From IMG/VR virus record IMGVR_UViG_3300032313_001035: a stretch of DNA of 64,000 bases; one strand, written 5' to 3'. Below, in pieces: positions 49,791-60,121 of the stretch (the stretch's first letter is position 1; every line of letters starts with the position of its first letter). Position numbers and translations under genes: made by a program. The DNA comes from a virus. The notes beneath the pieces were generated by a model, which was given only the letters and a program-made list of their open reading frames with translations, ran no database searches and was not told where the DNA came from.

Positions 49791-50162
49791 ATGGAAAATA
49801 TAACAATACCACTGGAATTATTTGACGGTAGATACAACGATGAAGAAATTTTTGTTATCTGTGCTTTGATGGCAATGCCACACCTTGATGACGATTCTAC
49901 GTTAAAATGGATGGATGATGAGAAATATACAGATGTAATCACATCTTTGGTATCTCGTAGAGTAATCGTTAAAGAAAGCGATGGTAATATCACCATTGAT
50001 TTGACAAGCGATAAAGAATATGATTTAGACACCTTGTTGGGTGAATTGGACTCTGATAAAAATATAAAAGTCAAAAACATCATTGAAGAACTACGTGCAG
50101 ATTCTTATGCTGACGGTTACACCAAAGGTTATTCAGATGCCAAAATTGATTTTGATTCGTAA
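49791..50162 (+). CDS. hypothetical acidic protein
   Basis: ORF whose stop is the TAA of the next promoter. Confidence 0.6.
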   Translation: MENITIPLELFDGRYNDEEIFVICALMAMPHLDDDSTLKWMDDEKYTDVITSLVSRRVIVKESDGNITIDLTSDKEYDLDTLLGELDSDKNIKVKNIIEELRADSYADGYTKGYSDAKIDFDS

Positions 50163-50183
50163 AAACTACATTAAAATCACGCC

Positions 50184-51128
50184 ATGCTACTTAACATCGC
50201 TGACACAAAATTTGTAAAATGCTCCTCGGTGGTTATTCCACAGTCTTATTTTGACCGTGTTACCACTGGTAATGAATCTGTTGACCTTATCTTTGGATCA
50301 AATCATCTTAAAGGATTGGTCGCTGGAAGCACCATTACTATTACTGGAACTCCAGGTGCTGGCAAATCGACATTCCTTCTACAGGTTGGTCAAATGCTTG
50401 CAGATAGAGGTAAAAAATTCGCAGTTGCTTCTGGTGAAGAGTGCGTAGATCAGTTGGCTTATACCTGCAATCGTCTTCAATTGACTGACGTTGATATTGC
50501 ACATCTTAAAAATGTGGAGGACATTGCATCTGCCATGAGTTCATACGATGTGATGGTGGTTGATAGCTTCCAAGCTCTCCGTAGCAATAACAAAAACTTG
50601 AAAAAGCGAGAATTTTATCAATATGCACAAGACCTTCTTATCTCAACTGCTAAGAATACTGGTTGCATCTTGGTGTTCGTGCTACATATTACTACTACAG
50701 GTCTACCTAAAGGTGGCACTGATATTATCCATGCTGTCGAGGTGAACATGAAGGTGAGTGTTGATAAAGATGACGATAGTATGCGTATTATCGATGTTTA
50801 TAAAAATCGCTTTGGGGAGACCAAAAAGCACATGGCATTGATGACCTCCAAAGGATTTGACTTCCAAGACATTAAGATTTACGATCCTGTAGAGACAAAA
50901 GCACAAAATAACGTATCTGAGACCAGAAAGAATGAGATTCTCAGCGTCGAGTCTGATGAACTGACATTAGCCGATGTATGCTCAAAACTTGGAGTCTCTG
51001 GTCAAACTGCTACCATCCTGTTACGTGAGATGGTGGGTGAAAACAAATTAGAAAAAATCGGTAGAGGTGTAAATGCCATTTGGAAAATCTCCAAAGAGTG
51101 CAAAGTCCTTCGCAACATACTTTCTTGA
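50184..51128 (+). CDS. RadA/Sms-like RecA-family ATPase with C-terminal HTH
   Basis: GTPGAGKSTFLLQ, SGEE, VVDSFQ, KNRFG. Confidence 0.85.
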   Translation: MLLNIADTKFVKCSSVVIPQSYFDRVTTGNESVDLIFGSNHLKGLVAGSTITITGTPGAGKSTFLLQVGQMLADRGKKFAVASGEECVDQLAYTCNRLQLTDVDIAHLKNVEDIASAMSSYDVMVVDSFQALRSNNKNLKKREFYQYAQDLLISTAKNTGCILVFVLHITTTGLPKGGTDIIHAVEVNMKVSVDKDDDSMRIIDVYKNRFGETKKHMALMTSKGFDFQDIKIYDPVETKAQNNVSETRKNEILSVESDELTLADVCSKLGVSGQTATILLREMVGENKLEKIGRGVNAIWKISKECKVLRNILS

Positions 51129-51161
51129 AACGAATAAAAACCACATTACAATCGACACACA

Positions 51162-51674
51162 ATGAGTAACACCACTAAACAACAATCGCTGACAGCAGAC
51201 CAAATCATCGAACGAATCCTCAACGCAAAGGGACAGTTTGTAAAAGCAGTTTGGAAAAGCAATCCCACTCCTGCCGCTGCACATAAAAAAGCAGGTATCA
51301 TCTTGGAAAAACATACTAGTGCAGTTTGCCGTGCTGGTATCAACTTTGCCAATCTTTCCAGTGTTCAAGTTGGTATCGCCAATGGTGAGCGTGGTGAAGT
51401 TCAGGAACTACCCTTCGGCACTTGGTTGAAGTTCCCATATATTATCAAACACACTCCGAAAGGTAGTGAAGAGGAGCAATACTATATTCGCCTGTATCCA
51501 TCCGATTCACCTTCAAATACAATATATTTCGTGAATGGTGATCAAGTTGATAAAGATGAATTTTCGAAATATCTAACTGAATCGGATAAAAAGAAAATGT
51601 ATTCAGGTGAAAAGCCAGAGTGCTTTACTATCAAGAGAGACAACATCATTTCTACCGAAGATTTCGGTGGCTAA
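51162..51674 (+). CDS. hypothetical protein
   Basis: long ORF after a promoter copy. Confidence 0.7.
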   Translation: MSNTTKQQSLTADQIIERILNAKGQFVKAVWKSNPTPAAAHKKAGIILEKHTSAVCRAGINFANLSSVQVGIANGERGEVQELPFGTWLKFPYIIKHTPKGSEEEQYYIRLYPSDSPSNTIYFVNGDQVDKDEFSKYLTESDKKKMYSGEKPECFTIKRDNIISTEDFGG

Positions 51675-51734
51675 AATTCCCCCCCCTAATTAACTAAACA
51701 AATAAACAACTAAACAACTAAATTAACTAAAAAT

Positions 51735-51962
51735 ATGGATAATAAACTAAATTGCTGCGCACACAACATCACACGTCCTAACTCCAATCAATGGATTTAT
51801 AACGGTGCTACCCAAATCCTAGACCGCAACCGTAAAGGCATTGCAAAACTTCGCAAACGCCAATTTAATTGGTCACAGATTCACACCATTCTGGTTCGTA
51901 TGGGTATTGACGTAGACTATAACAACCTCTACCAATGGCAACTTCGTCGCTTTAAACGATAA
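51735..51962 (+). CDS. small basic hypothetical protein
   Basis: ORF followed by a terminator. Confidence 0.6.
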   Translation: MDNKLNCCAHNITRPNSNQWIYNGATQILDRNRKGIAKLRKRQFNWSQIHTILVRMGIDVDYNNLYQWQLRRFKR

Positions 51963-51970
51963 TTCATATC

Positions 51971-52002
51971 ACCCCCCACTCTTTAAGGGTGGGGGGTATT
52001 TT
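51971..52002 (+). terminator. Rho-independent terminator
   Basis: ACCCCCCACTC/GGGTGGGGGGT hairpin plus ATTTT. Confidence 0.75.
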
Positions 52003-52763
52003 ATTAAAATGTCATCTGAATTAAAATTTAATTATGTTGGGGAATCATTGATGAATTGGAGTCTCCCATATCAAATTATAATTATTTGAAAGGCAACGAT
52101 ACCGCTCGTAAAAACTACAATAAACTTGACACATGAAATATCACGCCAAATACGAAGACGGTTTTGAATTTGATTATAACAACGATGGATCGATTGATGG
52201 TTATACCAATCTCGGTGAAGTGTATTGTTCTGATGTTTGGGTGGAAGCACATACTGAAAAATTATCTCGACTCGCAACAGAAAAAAATAATGGTGTGGTC
52301 GGTATAATCTATCAATACAATAATCGTTATATACGAAAACAATGGTTTGTTGCACCATCTATTCGTGCTTACTGGTGTAGACATTCTGAATAAAAAGAGT
52401 TGACATTTCAAAAAACTATCGTATCATCTTTTTATGGACACTACTCAAGCAATCAAAATTCTCAAAAGTAGCGGTTGGAAAGTTGAAGTGATTAATCGAA
52501 AAAAATATCGCGTTAAACATTTCCGTTGGGAAGATTATGAAGATCACACCGCACGGGAACTGATTACGCTAGCTCGTTGTTACACCCACGACAACAAACA
52601 AACCAATACTGTAAATAAAAATACAAAACACCAAAATAACTCTAAAACCCGCACCAGCACACGCGAAGCTATTCAATCGGAAAGATTCGATGACATTCCT
52701 ATAAATGGACACATTCGTCAGGGAGACCGCTGGAACTGGGACTAGATCAACAACAATATCATT

Positions 52764-52997
52764 ATGGATAAACTACCATGCTTTGAATGCGATGACGGAA
52801 ATCTGGAAAACAAAATTATCAATTATGAAACTGTGATAGATGAACAAAACTTTATTGTTCAAAATGTCCCAACCTTAATTTGTAATGTGTGTGGGGATCA
52901 ACTTTTGAGTAGTAAAAGTTGTCAGATTATAGATACAGCTATTGATGAAGCTTTTCCAAACCGCATAAAAAGATCCCCAAGAAGAATAAAAAATTGA
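52764..52997 (+). CDS. YgiT/MqsA-type zinc finger protein
   Basis: CFEC...IVQNVPTLICNVCGDQLLS. Confidence 0.75.
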   Translation: MDKLPCFECDDGNLENKIINYETVIDEQNFIVQNVPTLICNVCGDQLLSSKSCQIIDTAIDEAFPNRIKRSPRRIKN

Positions 52998-53012
52998 AAA
53001 TCAAGTAAAGAT

Positions 53013-53561
53013 ATGGAAATCACATTCATTCGTCACGCACAAAGCATGGGAAATGTAAATCATTCGATTTACTATGAAATGATGGATTGTGATGTCCCAT
53101 TGAGCCAGAAAGGTATCAACGATGCTAGAAAATTGAATATCGGTTTTGCACATCAATTCAAAAAAATTTATTATTCTCCATTTCTCCGTTGCATTCAAAC
53201 AAAAAATTTGATATTCAAAGAATCTTCGATCACCAATCAGACCGAAAATCCTTTGCTGATTGAAAGACAATGGGGTGGGTTACGAGACATTATCGAAACC
53301 AAAGATTTCGATGCTGAAAAACATTTCAATTTCTTTTATCGTCCTCCTAATGGTGAATCATTCTTTGATGTGTATCAAAGAGTAATCATGTTTTTCGATC
53401 AACTAAAAAAGAATCATGATGAATTTGATAAGATTTGTCTTATTACTCACGGTGAATGGATCAGGGTGGCACTTATGTATCTCGATAATACAACCGTAGA
53501 GGATTTTCACAAGAATCATATCAAAGTTAAGAATTTGGATATTATCGTGAAACAATTTTAA
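53013..53561 (+). CDS. histidine phosphatase (phosphoglycerate mutase family)
   Basis: IRHAQS, PLSQKG, SPFLRCIQT, ERQWG, PNGES, THG. Confidence 0.92.
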   Translation: MEITFIRHAQSMGNVNHSIYYEMMDCDVPLSQKGINDARKLNIGFAHQFKKIYYSPFLRCIQTKNLIFKESSITNQTENPLLIERQWGGLRDIIETKDFDAEKHFNFFYRPPNGESFFDVYQRVIMFFDQLKKNHDEFDKICLITHGEWIRVALMYLDNTTVEDFHKNHIKVKNLDIIVKQF

Positions 53562-53741
53562 AAACCACATTATAATCGACACATAATTAAACAACAATAA
53601 TATGAGACTATACATCGGAATACTACTATTGATAATTACATTGACGCACTCAGGTTCTCTATCGCAGACATTACTAACACTTTGCACCATTGGTGGAATT
53701 TTGTGTATCTGCACATATACTAAAGACCAACATTAAAAATT

Positions 53742-54026
53742 ATGACAGCAGCAGAAGAACTATTAAAGCATGTCGGTGATCGTGCAGTAAAGTATGTTCA
53801 GATATTTTATGATATTGATTGGGATAATCTCGAACAAATCGAAGGTACTCTTGAACAGGTATTGCCTCGTCTTAACTTTGAATATGATCGTGGTTATGGT
53901 CATCAAGAACTCTTTGGCACAATTTGGTATAACGATGGCTCATGGAGCGAACGTGATGAATATGATGGTAGTGAATGGTGGGTGCATCGCAAGTGTCCAC
54001 CATTGCCAGAAGGAATTTCGTTATAA
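53742..54026 (+). CDS. conserved phage hypothetical protein
   Basis: YDRGYGHQELFGTIW..DGSWSERDEYDGSEWW. Confidence 0.7.
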   Translation: MTAAEELLKHVGDRAVKYVQIFYDIDWDNLEQIEGTLEQVLPRLNFEYDRGYGHQELFGTIWYNDGSWSERDEYDGSEWWVHRKCPPLPEGISL

Positions 54027-54033
54027 TTAGAGT

Positions 54034-54423
54034 ATGAGAGAGCTAAAATTTAGATATTGGAATCCTATTGCTAAAACATATAAAATGTCATGGAGATATA
54101 ATCTTACTCATGACGGCAAGATTCTTGCCTATGATGTTGATATGATGGGTTATGATGAACCGACAGATCCGAAAAATTCCGCACTAGTCATTCAACAATG
54201 GACTGGTTGCTATGATAAGAATGGAGTAGAGATTTACGAGGGTGATATTGTTAAGGTCTACAGCGAGGAATTTGAAAATGAGAACTTTACTGGAAAAGTA
54301 ATTTTTGATGAAGGAAGTTTCTTAACTTGGATTAACAAAAATGATATTAGGGGTGTATGGAGTGGCGACAATATCGAAGTCATTGGAAACATTATGGAAA
54401 ACCCTGAACTATTAAAAGTATGA
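54034..54423 (+). CDS. YopX family protein
   Basis: MRELKFRYW, QWTGCYDKNGVEIYEGDIV, EVIGNIMENPELL. Confidence 0.9.
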   Translation: MRELKFRYWNPIAKTYKMSWRYNLTHDGKILAYDVDMMGYDEPTDPKNSALVIQQWTGCYDKNGVEIYEGDIVKVYSEEFENENFTGKVIFDEGSFLTWINKNDIRGVWSGDNIEVIGNIMENPELLKV

Positions 54424-54775
54424 GTGTTAAAAGATTATGGAGAATTTGGGCAAAAGCAATGGGGCAAAAGGCAACTGAGCATGATGGAGAAGCAGACCTT
54501 GCGGCAATCATACGAACTGTGTTCTGGGTAGTTAATCTCATTACCTGCTTCTTTATCATTGCTAACACGCTACGACATTGGTAGAATGAAAATTAAAATA
54601 CTTGGAAAAATCAAAAACCGCTTTGGTGATGATCGAATCGAAATGCCCGAAGATATTTGGACAAATAATAAATACCGAATTAGACTTGACAAAACTGGAG
54701 AATGGTCTAAAATAACAAAGTGTTATGACTTGGCAATGGCAAGCATAATTGAACTTGGAATAGTAGACGAATAAT

Positions 54776-55261
54776 ATGAGCGAAACATTTAAAAGCGTAG
54801 GAGAGATGTTGGATTATTTTACAAAAGAAGAAATGATCCAAGAGAGATTTGTAGAGAAGTTAATGGCAGCATACCCACAACTTTTTCCAAAGGATGCTGA
54901 TGGAAAACCAAAAGAGCCTGATTGCCACGTATGGTGTCCAGTTGGATGGCAACCTATGCTTGAAGAGCTATTTGCGAATCTTTGCAAGATCGTAGAGGAA
55001 AAGAATGTAGTATTTCAAATCGAACAAATCAAAGAAAAGTTCGGAGGATTACGATTTTATTACTCTTATAAAGGTGATCGAGTTGATGAAATTGCCGATC
55101 TTATTCATGATGCTGAAGCACGTAGTTTTAAGATTTGTGAAGTCACTGGCGAAGCTGGCGAGCTTCGCATTAAAGGCAAAGGCTATGGTTGGTTGAAAAC
55201 ACTATCTGATGGTGAAGCGGGGCGACAAGGCTATGAAACACTAAAAGAAGAAGAAAGATGA
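54776..55261 (+). CDS. conserved phage hypothetical protein
   Basis: GW...QIKEKFGGLRFY...CEVTG...WLKTL. Confidence 0.75.
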   Translation: MSETFKSVGEMLDYFTKEEMIQERFVEKLMAAYPQLFPKDADGKPKEPDCHVWCPVGWQPMLEELFANLCKIVEEKNVVFQIEQIKEKFGGLRFYYSYKGDRVDEIADLIHDAEARSFKICEVTGEAGELRIKGKGYGWLKTLSDGEAGRQGYETLKEEER

Positions 55262-55466
55262 GCGCAATAATAATAAACGGCACACTAATTGGATCATGGA
55301 TTGTAGCAATCATCATGACTGTTCTCGTTGGCTCGTGTATGTATGTTAGTATGCTTGACGCTTTTCACGAGCAACCTAGTATTAAGCACGGTCGTTTTTG
55401 GTTGTGCCAAGGGATCGCTGCATCTATAGTAATTTGCATTTATCTCACGAAAATTGGAATCATTGT

Positions 55467-55889
55467 ATGGCATTGAAGACCAAACAAGTCATCGTGGTTC
55501 GTCGTGACCTGAAAATGAAACACGGCAAGATGGCGGCTCAAGTTGCACATGCTGCAATGAGCTTTCTTACTCGCGAGGGTCGAGTTGGTTGGCAAGCTGA
55601 TATGCTTAACGATGTCTTCATGAATGACGACGACTCCATTGATAAGCACAATGGCGCAATACGCGATTGGCTTGCAAATAGCTTTACCAAAGTAGTTCTT
55701 GGGGTTGATAGTGAAGAGGAATTGCGGGCGCTTGAAGAAAAAGCAGTAGAAAATGGCATCATGGCGCATTTAGTTGTTGACAATGGTCGCACTGTGTTTA
55801 ATAATATTCCCACCCCGACCTGCCTAGCACTTGGTCCTGATTGGAACGAGAACCTAGACGAGTTGGTGGGGCATTTAAAACTCTATTAA
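55467..55889 (+). CDS. pth2: peptidyl-tRNA hydrolase, Pth2 type
   Basis: KQVIVVRRDLKMKHGKMAAQVAHA, KVVL, DNGRT, TCLALGP, LKLY. Confidence 0.93.
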   Translation: MALKTKQVIVVRRDLKMKHGKMAAQVAHAAMSFLTREGRVGWQADMLNDVFMNDDDSIDKHNGAIRDWLANSFTKVVLGVDSEEELRALEEKAVENGIMAHLVVDNGRTVFNNIPTPTCLALGPDWNENLDELVGHLKLY

Positions 55890-55911
55890 AAACTACAATA
55901 CAACCGCACGT

Positions 55912-56190
55912 ATGAAATTTCCTATTGTTAATGTCAATTTACGATTACGCGATCCCGACTGGATTCCTGAATATGATCCCGATGGAAAAGCAACTAATAT
56001 GGATTCCCACACTAAATTTTTTAATGTGGAAGCAGAGGTAATCCAATTGAATTTGAGTGCAAATACTATGAGAATCCGATTCAAATGGGCATGGAAAGGC
56101 GATAAACATAAACCAAACATCGTTACCCATGACGTTCCAATGGAGGCATTCACTGAACGCTATTCAATTCAAGAAAAGAATGAACTCTAA
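55912..56190 (+). CDS. hypothetical protein
   Basis: ORF directly after a promoter copy. Confidence 0.6.
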   Translation: MKFPIVNVNLRLRDPDWIPEYDPDGKATNMDSHTKFFNVEAEVIQLNLSANTMRIRFKWAWKGDKHKPNIVTHDVPMEAFTERYSIQEKNEL

Positions 56191-56202
56191 TACAATTACA
56201 CT

Positions 56203-56424
56203 ATAACAACCGTTGCACAACTTATCGCCCATCTCCAAACGCTTCCTCAAGACGCTATTGTTCAGTGTCTTGGTGAAGATGAGTGGATTACCGATTACTA
56301 CACATGGAAGAATCTTGACATTGATAGAGACGTTTATGTCAGAGATCTTCGCGGTAACAAATTTTTTAAACCAGATGACATTCACTACGATAAAGTGTTT
56401 GTGGAAATTGGTGATAAGCGGTAA
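56203..56424 (+). CDS. 73-aa protein with apparent ATA start (xTTVAQLIAHLQTLPQDA...)
   Basis: phage-like open frame with no ATG; ATA lies 6 nt after TACAAT. Confidence 0.5.
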   Translation: MTTVAQLIAHLQTLPQDAIVQCLGEDEWITDYYTWKNLDIDRDVYVRDLRGNKFFKPDDIHYDKVFVEIGDKR

Positions 56425-57005
56425 CGAACTCTGATATAATATTATGACTAAAGAAGATGTTAAAAAACGAATCATTGAAATACTCAACAGCTATACCAAA
56501 GAAATGGAAGGCTATAGCTATTATGGTTCAAATCCAGGTATTAGTGAGAATGACTATGAAGATATTGCAGAAGAAATCTGCAAAGACCCGATTTGTGGAA
56601 CAGATCTTGATTGAATAATATGAACATCGCCAAATTAATTACAAAATACGAAAAAGAGATTGAAGAATTAGAACTTGAGTCGCTGAGTTGTGTATCTCCT
56701 GATTGGCATAGTGGAGAGCTTTTTGGAAGACTTCATAGCATCAAACAAGTTGTTTCGGACTTGAAGCAACTGTTGGATTTGTAACAAACTTTGATATAAT
56801 AAAATGAAAACAGCAAAAGATTTTTTTGGTAATGATATCTCTGTAGGTGATATTGTTGCATTTATGCAAACGGGCTATCGCGTATTTTTAACTGGAACTG
56901 TAATAAGCGTAACAGAAAAAACTGTCTTGATTGCTCATGAAAAAACAAACGTTGGAACAACCGAAACACGACAGTTTCATGGTCAAGTTTTTGTAAAGAA
57001 ATAAT

Positions 57006-57404
57006 ATGGCAAAAAAGAATCGACAAAAATGGCTCACCTCTCATGTTAAAGGTGATTGGAAGGATAAGGACTATATCATTGAAACTGTCTTAGTGCAATG
57101 TTTGTTCCATTATGTTGAAAAGGAATTGAACGGAGAGATACCTGATCATAGCTATTATGATGAGGACTTAAAGGCGGGACATGTTAGCGAATCCTATGCG
57201 GAAAAGAGTAATGCGTATCATGATGTCATTCGTAAGGTATATGCTTACTTCAAGACCGAACGTGCAGCACTTGTAAAAGAGATTGACGAGGCATTTGACT
57301 GCAATGATATAAAACTCGCAATCACGGGAGAGAGCGATCTTTATGAACGCGACACTGAGATGTTAAGCACGATTGTGAAATATCGTGGCTATTTGTGGAC
57401 ATAA
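57006..57404 (+). CDS. hypothetical protein
   Basis: WKDKD...RGYLWT; stop is the TAA of the next promoter. Confidence 0.65.
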   Translation: MAKKNRQKWLTSHVKGDWKDKDYIIETVLVQCLFHYVEKELNGEIPDHSYYDEDLKAGHVSESYAEKSNAYHDVIRKVYAYFKTERAALVKEIDEAFDCNDIKLAITGESDLYERDTEMLSTIVKYRGYLWT

Positions 57405-57470
57405 AAACCAAGATATGATTCAAGCATGACCACCTCCTGTAACACGAAATGAACCTTAAAAAATAAATTT

Positions 57471-58463
57471 ATGAAATTAGCAAGTATTGAAAAAATTATT
57501 TCGGTAACGCATCATGATAACGCAGATGCGCTTGACATTGTTAAGGTCTTGGGCTACGAATGTATTGTGCAGCGTGGAACACATAAAGAAGGAGAAGAAG
57601 TAATTCTAATTCAACCTGATACTATTCTACCTGATGCACCTTGGAGCGAAACTTTCAAGGCACGTAGTAGTCGTGTCAAAGCGTGTAAATTGCGTGGACG
57701 TTGGAGTTTTGGTATCGTCATGCCCATTTTTGGATTGATTCCAGCAGTTATTGTTGATACACTCAATGTCGGTGATGAGGTATCACATCTCATTGGTGTG
57801 ACTAAATACGAACCACCATTGCCAAAAGATTTACAAGCAGCAGGTTATTTACCCAACGGATTACCAAAGACCGATGAGGAGCGTTGGCAAAACATTGACA
57901 ATATCCCATTTGGTTCGATGTGTGATATCACTCTCAAATACGATGGTTCATCACTGACAGTATTTGCACGTAAGAACGAAGATGGAGAATGGGAAACAAG
58001 TATCTGCTCAAGATCACTGTGTCTGAAAGATGCTTGTCAAAATCAATATACGATTGCCGCTGAAAAATATGATCTTGTTAAAAAACTACTGGATTATTGC
58101 CAGAAGCACGATGTGAGTCTTGCTTTGCGTGGCGAACTTTATGGTTCTGGCATTCAAGGTCATGGTAAGAATCCACATAGTAAATTACCATTAGGGTTTG
58201 CAGCGTATAACATTTACAACATGGACACCTTCAAATATGAATCCCATAATACCCCACACCATTACACCAAAGTTTGTGAAGAGTTGGGTATTGAAACTGT
58301 CAAGATTCTTGAAAAAGATGTTGTTTTCACGGAAGAACATATTCGCAAATACAGTGTTGACATTGATGAAATTGATGGTAAATCATACGAAGGTGTTGTT
58401 GTGAAGTTTCACGATGGAGGTAGCTTCAAAATTATCAATCTGAAATATGATGAGAAAAAATAA
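57471..58463 (+). CDS. RNA ligase, DRB0094/Rnl2-type with N-terminal OB fold
   Basis: LASIEKI...HDNADAL, KTDEERWQN, motif I KYDGSS, RGELYG.GIQG, EGVVV, FKII. Confidence 0.9.
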   Translation: MKLASIEKIISVTHHDNADALDIVKVLGYECIVQRGTHKEGEEVILIQPDTILPDAPWSETFKARSSRVKACKLRGRWSFGIVMPIFGLIPAVIVDTLNVGDEVSHLIGVTKYEPPLPKDLQAAGYLPNGLPKTDEERWQNIDNIPFGSMCDITLKYDGSSLTVFARKNEDGEWETSICSRSLCLKDACQNQYTIAAEKYDLVKKLLDYCQKHDVSLALRGELYGSGIQGHGKNPHSKLPLGFAAYNIYNMDTFKYESHNTPHHYTKVCEELGIETVKILEKDVVFTEEHIRKYSVDIDEIDGKSYEGVVVKFHDGGSFKIINLKYDEKK

Positions 58464-58711
58464 ATTATGAACGAATACAATAAAATTATCAAACAAATAC
58501 GCAAAGAAGTCCAAGAACTTGCTCTTGAACAGGATGTGTTGTATAATGCGCTCAAAAAATCATTACCAAAATTGACAGAACGTGCCGAAGATTTTCTTTT
58601 CGATTACATCTTCAACCATGGTGACGACTATTCTTATGAAGACCATCTGAAAAAGATATTTGGTGAAGAAATACCATTTGACATTTTTGAAAAATAAACT
58701 ATAATAATGAC

Positions 58712-59167
58712 ATGAACATCGCACAAGGATTAAAAGAAAAGAATCGTATCGCAGGTCGCATCGCTGAACTTGAAAGGAAAATTGTTAAGAGCAATAAGTA
58801 TCAAAGCAATCGTCCACCAGTGGATGATGTTAATGAACTTTTTGGACGTTTAACGCTAGAAAAAGCAAGTCTCGTAAGGCTTAAAAATCAACTTGCTGTT
58901 GCCAATGCAGGTATTGCTGAAACTCTTGCCGATCTTGCCGAAACAAAAGGCATGATCAAGTTTCTTGAAAGTCTGCCTACAGGTGTTAGTGGTTATCCTG
59001 TTCAAACACATGATTATAACACCAATCGTTTGGTTGATAGCGAATATACAATTGAATATAAGATTGATCAAAAAAGTCTCGATGTTTCAATTGAATTATA
59101 TCGTGGTCTTGCCGAAAAGTTACAAGACAAGATTGATAACTACAATGCAACGACAACATTGAAGTAA
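58712..59167 (+). CDS. DIP1984-like coiled-coil protein
   Basis: MNIAQGLKEKNRI...LKNQL..AN...LQDKIDNYNATT. Confidence 0.65.
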   Translation: MNIAQGLKEKNRIAGRIAELERKIVKSNKYQSNRPPVDDVNELFGRLTLEKASLVRLKNQLAVANAGIAETLADLAETKGMIKFLESLPTGVSGYPVQTHDYNTNRLVDSEYTIEYKIDQKSLDVSIELYRGLAEKLQDKIDNYNATTTLK

Positions 59168-59172
59168 AACTT

Positions 59173-59388
59173 TTGTCGGCTCAGATGGATGAAATGACGC
59201 AAGTATCCTAGTGATACTAACTCTGATCTTGCATGGTTATGCAAACACTATGATATTGAAAATGACACTGCAATTGCCTATACATTTCTGGCAAAAAATT
59301 CAAAACTTAAAATGCCGTTTTCAAAATTCAAAACTTAAAGCATAAAATTCAAAACACAGTTTGTCAAATCTGAAGTTTGAGCCGACAA
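59173..59388 (+). ncRNA. 216-nt structured RNA with triple AAAATTCAAAAC repeats
   Basis: 13-bp closing stem TTGTCGGCTCAGA/TTTGAGCCGACAA; three internal hairpins; repeats at 59295, 59323, 59344. Confidence 0.7.
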
Positions 59389-59419
59389 TCCTTAAAAACC
59401 ACATTACAATAACTGCGAT

Positions 59420-59785
59420 ATGAAACTAACAATCCTACTAGGAACACTTAACCAAATAAAAATTGATCACTGGCAGACCAAATCACATGCGGAACATACA
59501 GCATTAGGAACTGCTTATGAATCACTTGATGGTCTGTTTGATAAATTCGTTGAACTTGTGTATGGTCGTCAAGGTATTCCGACTCTACAGGACAATGCTG
59601 GTGCTGTGTATAGAACTGCCTTTGAGCCATATAAAGGAGAAATGTCCGAAAAATATGCCATGCTCATGGAAGAAGTCATGAAGCATTTGTATGATGTGGC
59701 AGGTGACTATGGTGATCTTAAAAATTTAGCGGATGAAATCGAAGGAGAATTTAACCATCTACTCTATAGACTACAACAGAAGTAA
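59420..59785 (+). CDS. ferritin/Dps-like four-helix protein (DUF5856-like)
   Basis: HWQTKSHAEHTALG..Y..LDGLFDKFVE..YG; LLYRL. Confidence 0.75.
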   Translation: MKLTILLGTLNQIKIDHWQTKSHAEHTALGTAYESLDGLFDKFVELVYGRQGIPTLQDNAGAVYRTAFEPYKGEMSEKYAMLMEEVMKHLYDVAGDYGDLKNLADEIEGEFNHLLYRLQQK

Positions 59786-60025
59786 GAATAATATGAAAAA
59801 ATACATTTATCGCCTTTGGAACTATTTTCAACCATTTGAGCAACCAAAATATGGTGCTAAAATCTTCCAACAGAAAAGTTGGCTTGAAAGACAAGTGAAT
59901 GAAGAGTTATTAAAGAGACAATATCAATAAATAAGTATTGACAAATCAAAGAATGATACTAAATTATTTTTAACTGCGTGGGTAGTCCCATCGGAAAATG
60001 GTTGTGATACCGTTACAACTTTTAA

Positions 60026-60110
60026 GGGTAGGTAAAGCTAGTGGCTCTAGCAGCGAGACTGTAAATTTCGTCTCTTCGGAGGGGTGGAACGATACCACAC
60101 CTGCCCACCA
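60026..60110 (+). tRNA. atypical tRNA-Tyr(GTA), possible 8/4 fold
   Basis: loop CTGTAAA, variable arm CTC-TTCG-GAG, T loop AACGATA, CCA. Confidence 0.65.
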
Positions 60111-60121
60111 ATTTTCGAAAT

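Noticed and set aside
53583-53600. Further ATA starts at promoter +1 (53583, 62171)
   Set aside because: They open only very short frames, and proper ATG genes follow nearby.
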